Positions 47,736 to 51,059 of a DNA stretch of 51,059 bases are shown in pieces. The notes under the pieces were generated by a model that did no database searches, had not been told where the DNA came from, and saw nothing but the letters and a program-made list of their open reading frames with translations. The DNA comes from an uncultured Rhodobacterales bacterium (GTDB taxonomy: Bacteria; Pseudomonadota; Alphaproteobacteria; Rhodospirillales; CAJXLG01): the NCBI GenBank assembly GCA_964535075.1, contig CAZHRQ010000002.1, positions 1-51,059 on the forward strand. The letters are read 5' to 3'. The position numbers and the translations under genes are program-made. Numbering within the stretch: position 1 is the first letter of the stretch; each line of letters opens with the position of its first letter.

Positions 47736-48710
47736 CTATCCCTTGCCCCAGGGGGTGGGCGCCTTGCCATGACCAGCGAAGAGGTCGTTGAGGGTGGTAA
47801 CACTCCCCAGCAGGGCCGTGGCCTCGTAGGGCACCAGCACCCGTTCGCCCTTCTTGGCGATGTCGGGCAGGGTCTCCATGTAGCGCTGGGCGATGAGGTA
47901 GTTCACCACCGTGTCGGGATTCAGGGTGACCGACTGGGCCTGACCGGCGGAGAGCATCTGGTCGATGGCCTGTTGCTGTCCCTGGGCGCGCAGGATGGCC
48001 GCTTCCTTGTCGCCCTGGGCCTTGGCGATGGCGGCCTCGCGCTGGCCGTTGGCCTCGGTGACCATGGCCCGGCGCTGTCGTTCCGCCGCCATCTGCTTGT
48101 GCATGGCGTCTTCCACGTCGTGGGGGATGGTGATGTCCTGGATTTCCACCCGATTCACCTTCACGCCCCACTTGTCCCCCGCCTCGTCCATGACCTTTTG
48201 CAGGCTGGTATTAATTTCGTCGCGGGAGGAGAACATCTGGTCCAGTTCCTTTTCCCCCACCACCGAGCGCAGGGTGGTCTTGGCCAGGGTCTCGATGGCC
48301 TGGATGAGGTTTTCCACCTGATAGACGGCGTCCTTGGGGGAATGGATCTGGAAGTACAGGGCGCCGTCGATGTTCACCGACACGTTGTCGGAGGTGACCA
48401 CCGGCTGACTGGGGAAGTTCAACACCGTTTCCCGGATGTCGATTTTCTTTTCTTCCACCACCCGTTCGGTGAGTTCCTTGCCGAGCCCGGTGCTTTCATA
48501 GCGGCGAATCTTGATGGGACGGGCCTGTTCCAGCACCGGAATGATGAAGTTGATGCCGGGGGAAAGGGTGCGGCTGTAGCTGCCCAGGCGTTCCACGACC
48601 ACCGCCTGGGATTGCTGCACGATGAACAGGCCCTTGTAGAGAAAGATCAGGACCAGCAGCACCACGGCCGCGGCAATGATGAGAATCACGGGGATTTCGG
48701 GTCCGGTCAT
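47736..48710 (-). CDS. SPFH/band-7 (stomatin-like) membrane protein
   Basis: N-terminal TM segment followed by the SPFH core (FIVQQSQAVVVERLGSYSRTLSPGINFIIP, TLRSVVGEKELDQMFSSRDEIN). ATGA overlap with the upstream NfeD gene. Confidence 0.88.
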   Translation of the reverse strand: MTGPEIPVILIIAAAVVLLVLIFLYKGLFIVQQSQAVVVERLGSYSRTLSPGINFIIPVLEQARPIKIRRYESTGLGKELTERVVEEKKIDIRETVLNFPSQPVVTSDNVSVNIDGALYFQIHSPKDAVYQVENLIQAIETLAKTTLRSVVGEKELDQMFSSRDEINTSLQKVMDEAGDKWGVKVNRVEIQDITIPHDVEDAMHKQMAAERQRRAMVTEANGQREAAIAKAQGDKEAAILRAQGQQQAIDQMLSAGQAQSVTLNPDTVVNYLIAQRYMETLPDIAKKGERVLVPYEATALLGSVTTLNDLFAGHGKAPTPWGKG

Positions 48711-49171
48711 GGGGAGTCTCCCGTGTGGGGGGTGGGGCGTGCCGGCCCGCGCAGCAGCAGGGTGATGCCCTCCATGCCGGTAACGGTATAGCACGCGCCG
48801 GGTTCGGGCTCGGTCTGGTCGGGGAAGCGGAAGGGGTAGGTATCGCTCTTCAGGCGGGCCACCAGCCGGTCGCCCTGCCACACCAAGCAGGCCTCCCGCC
48901 CCACCATCCAGTCCCGTTCCAGGGGACGAGCGGCGAAGCGGGGGCGGAACAACAGAATCAACAGCGGGGTCAGCCCCACGGTGGCCCCGCCGAAAACCCA
49001 GAGCTGGGTGGCCAGGGAGGCATCCAGGGCGGCCAGGCCGGCCACGGTCAGGGCGGCCAGGGCCATGGGGATGAGCAGGAATTGTGCGCCCAGCAGGCTC
49101 ACGTCCGCCAGCACCAGGGCCACGGCGCCCAGCACCCACCAAGCCCACAAGGGCATTAGGTCCGTCAGCAT
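48707..49171 (-). CDS. NfeD-family membrane protein
   Basis: 154 aa with an N-terminal TM bundle and a C-terminal OB-like domain. It is the classic partner gene of SPFH proteins. Confidence 0.8.
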   Translation of the reverse strand: MLTDLMPLWAWWVLGAVALVLADVSLLGAQFLLIPMALAALTVAGLAALDASLATQLWVFGGATVGLTPLLILLFRPRFAARPLERDWMVGREACLVWQGDRLVARLKSDTYPFRFPDQTEPEPGACYTVTGMEGITLLLRGPARPTPHTGDSP

Positions 49172-49254
49172 GGTGCAGTCTCCCCCATGGCGGCGTCTCC
49201 CTGGTTATAACAGACCGGTGCCGCAGGGTCAGGGAGAAAGGGAGAAACCGCGTG

Positions 49255-49596
49255 TCAATTCCCCGGAATCACCGGGCCCGGCCCCGAATAGGGGGCAACG
49301 CTGCCCTGGGGGCTGCCATAGGGGGCGACACAGGGACAGGGGCACCAGCACTGGCCGGGCGGGTAGGGCGGTTGGGGGTCGGGTTTGGGCTTGGGCTCCG
49401 GGGCGGCAGGGTCGCCGCGACAGGTGCGGCGGCAGGCCCGGTACAGCCGGTTGCAGCGGCGTTCGTTGTTGGCCAGACAGTTCTTGAGCCGTGTCTCGCA
49501 GTTCATGAGACACACCTTGTAGCTCAAGTCCTCGGCGGTGGCCGTGCCGCTAAACAAGGCCAGCACCCCCAGCAGCAGGGCGGGCAACAGACGCAT
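49255..49596 (-). CDS. small secreted cysteine-rich protein
   Basis: The ATG at 49596 has GGAGG upstream. The signal peptide is MRLLPALLLGVLALFSGTATA. Six Cys sit in a basic helical region, followed by a Pro-rich linker and then CWCPCPC. Confidence 0.55.
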   Translation of the reverse strand: MRLLPALLLGVLALFSGTATAEDLSYKVCLMNCETRLKNCLANNERRCNRLYRACRRTCRGDPAAPEPKPKPDPQPPYPPGQCWCPCPCVAPYGSPQGSVAPYSGPGPVIPGN

Positions 49597-49666
49597 GATG
49601 GCCTCCGGTGTCATCGGAGGAAGAGGGGGGGGGAACGCCCGCGGGCGTTCCCCAACGGCGGGCAGA

Positions 49667-50077
49667 TCAGCGCGAGATCACGTTGTAGCCACGGTTGCGC
49701 AGGCACTGGATGATGATGTCCTGCTCTTGGCCAATGCCTTCCATGGCCCCGGCCGCCAGGCCCCCGATGGCGCCCAGGCCGGCCCCCAAGGCGGCACCCT
49801 TGCCCAGGTCGGCGCCCATGGACCCGGTCAACGCCCCGGCGGCCCCACCGGCCAGCGCCGCCCCGGCGCCTTTTTGCGCGGCGTTGATGGCGGCGCTGCG
49901 CTGAGACGCCATCTGGCGGCACTGGGCCAGGGCGGCGGGGTAGGCCGATTGCGGCGCGCGGGAGGCGCCGAAGTCCACCACCGGCTGATAGTTGGCGGAA
50001 TAGCCACCGGCACAGGCCGCCAGCAGGCCCACAGCAGCAACGGCGGCCGCGCGGCCGGTCCAGGACAGAAGGCTCAT
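49667..50077 (-). CDS. glycine-zipper lipoprotein
   Basis: Lipobox LLAAC and the Gly-zipper stretch GAGAALAGGAAGALTGSMGADLGKGAALGAGLGAIGGLAAGA. ATGA overlap with the upstream TPR gene. Confidence 0.65.
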   Translation of the reverse strand: MSLLSWTGRAAAVAAVGLLAACAGGYSANYQPVVDFGASRAPQSAYPAALAQCRQMASQRSAAINAAQKGAGAALAGGAAGALTGSMGADLGKGAALGAGLGAIGGLAAGAMEGIGQEQDIIIQCLRNRGYNVISR

Positions 50078-51059
50078 GGTTGGGTCTCCTCGTTCTCAAG
50101 GGCTTGAAGACGGCGCTCCGTCTCACGGTACAAAGTAGACAGGGGATCGAGACGAAGCAACAAGCGCTGATAGAGCTCGCGGGCCTTTGCCCCGTTCCCC
50201 GCCTGCTCGGCCCCCAGGGCGGCCAGGAACACGGCCTGGGGTTGGTCCACACCGCCGTCCACGGCGGCCAGCAGGTGGGTGCGGGCTTCCTCGGGCAGCG
50301 GCGTTTCGCCTTCCCAAGCCTGGGTGGCCAACAGGGCCCGGGCGGCGGCCAGATGGGCCTCCGCATCGTCGGGAGTGTGTTCCAAAACCGCCCGCCAGGC
50401 CCTCAGGGCCTCCTCGGGGGCGCCCATGCGGCTGGCCTGCTGCGCCAGTTCCCGCCAGGCGGCCACGTCGTCGGGGGTGTCGGCCACCTGCTGGCGCAAG
50501 GTGGCGGCCTTTTCCCGGGCGGCGGCTTCCGCCTTGCGCTGGGCCTCCTTGGCGGCTTCGGCGGCGCTGGCCACCTCGGCCAGATCGGGCATGTCCGGGG
50601 AGATGGCCGATTCCGGTACGCCCAGCTCCTGGGCGGCGGAGGAGAGCAGGGCTTCCACCCGGGTGCGCCAGGGGCCCTGGTCGTCGGCATGGCGGTCCAG
50701 CATCCAGGCCCACAGGCGGGCGGCGGGACGCACTTCGCCGGCCTGGGCCAACCCCAGGGCGGTGAAGTAGGCGGCCACCGTGTGGTTGGGGTCCATTTCC
50801 AGGGCCTGGGCAAAGGCTTCCAGCGCCGCCGGCGGCACGGAGCCATCGCCCCGGGCCCGGCCCAGGGCCTCGCCGTAGCGCACCAGCAGCTCGGGGGTGG
50901 GGTCTTCCAGGTCCAGCAGCATTTCGTAGGCCAGGGCGGCGTCGTCCCAACGCTCCAGCGCGGTATAGCTGCGGGCGGCCATGCGCCAGCCTTCCACATC
51001 GTCCATGTTGTTGGCCAGCCGGGCCTCCAGCCGGGCCAGCATGGCATCGATGTCGGGGG
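50074..51059 (-). CDS. ccmI: TPR protein resembling the C-terminal part of cytochrome c biogenesis CcmI/CycH (5' end outside window)
   Basis: LEARLANNMDDVEGWRMAARSYTALERWDDAALAYE ... LEMDPNHTVAAYFTALGLAQAGE ... matches the CcmI periplasmic TPR pattern. The frame stays open to the window edge. Confidence 0.55.
   Translation of the reverse strand, partial: PDIDAMLARLEARLANNMDDVEGWRMAARSYTALERWDDAALAYEMLLDLEDPTPELLVRYGEALGRARGDGSVPPAALEAFAQALEMDPNHTVAAYFTALGLAQAGEVRPAARLWAWMLDRHADDQGPWRTRVEALLSSAAQELGVPESAISPDMPDLAEVASAAEAAKEAQRKAEAAAREKAATLRQQVADTPDDVAAWRELAQQASRMGAPEEALRAWRAVLEHTPDDAEAHLAAARALLATQAWEGETPLPEEARTHLLAAVDGGVDQPQAVFLAALGAEQAGNGAKARELYQRLLLRLDPLSTLYRETERRLQALENEETQP

Overview
This is a visibly GC-rich alphaproteobacterial chromosomal window with Rhodospirillales-like gene order; the species cannot be named from sequence alone.

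Core blocks:
- cdsA-uppS-frr-pyrH-tsf-rpsB (29-4871, minus strand)
- proS-lolC-lolD (5265-8536)
- yggS
- a radical-SAM / PAS-histidine-kinase pair (10015-13297)
- fetB-ligA-recN-bamD (13375-18882, minus strand)
- hemJ and pckA
- ratA-lipA-lpdA-pdhC-pdhB-pdhA (40583-47364, minus strand)
- SPFH/NfeD, two small exported proteins, and a partial ccmI-like gene

All accessory content lies between bamD and hemJ (about 19.2-36.9 kb):
- (a) Two paralogous small secreted 6-Cys proteins, each with its own AT-rich upstream region and intrinsic terminator.
- (b) A ~16.3-kb phage-derived cluster (20507-36816). It has a CI/LexA-type S24 repressor, a divergent 203-aa gene, an intrinsic terminator, and one tightly coupled 17-gene head/tail operon (terS, terL, portal, scaffold-like, capsid ... 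tail fibres). I recognise no integrase, replication, lysis, tail-tube or tape-measure gene.

The two regulatory regions of the cluster each carry a perfect GAAC-N7-GAAC direct repeat, which is the alphaproteobacterial SOS (LexA) box. My main candidate for something new is therefore a stripped-down, SOS-wired, possibly domesticated (GTA-like, short-tailed) particle-encoding element.

Other signals:
- An abundant mosaic palindromic repeat family (8 copies or fragments). It supplies the stop codons of three genes, brackets the island and sits inside the phage operon.
- A lipoprotein / FecR-domain pair sharing an unusual C-terminal module (TFEPVPE ... EYTPxDDGGDRDG-polyGly-His).
- A 30-bp tandem repeat upstream of bamD.
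- A radical-SAM protein with CX4CX2C spacing.

I found no rRNA, tRNA, CRISPR array or transposase gene. All domain assignments are by-eye motif recognition, not database searches.
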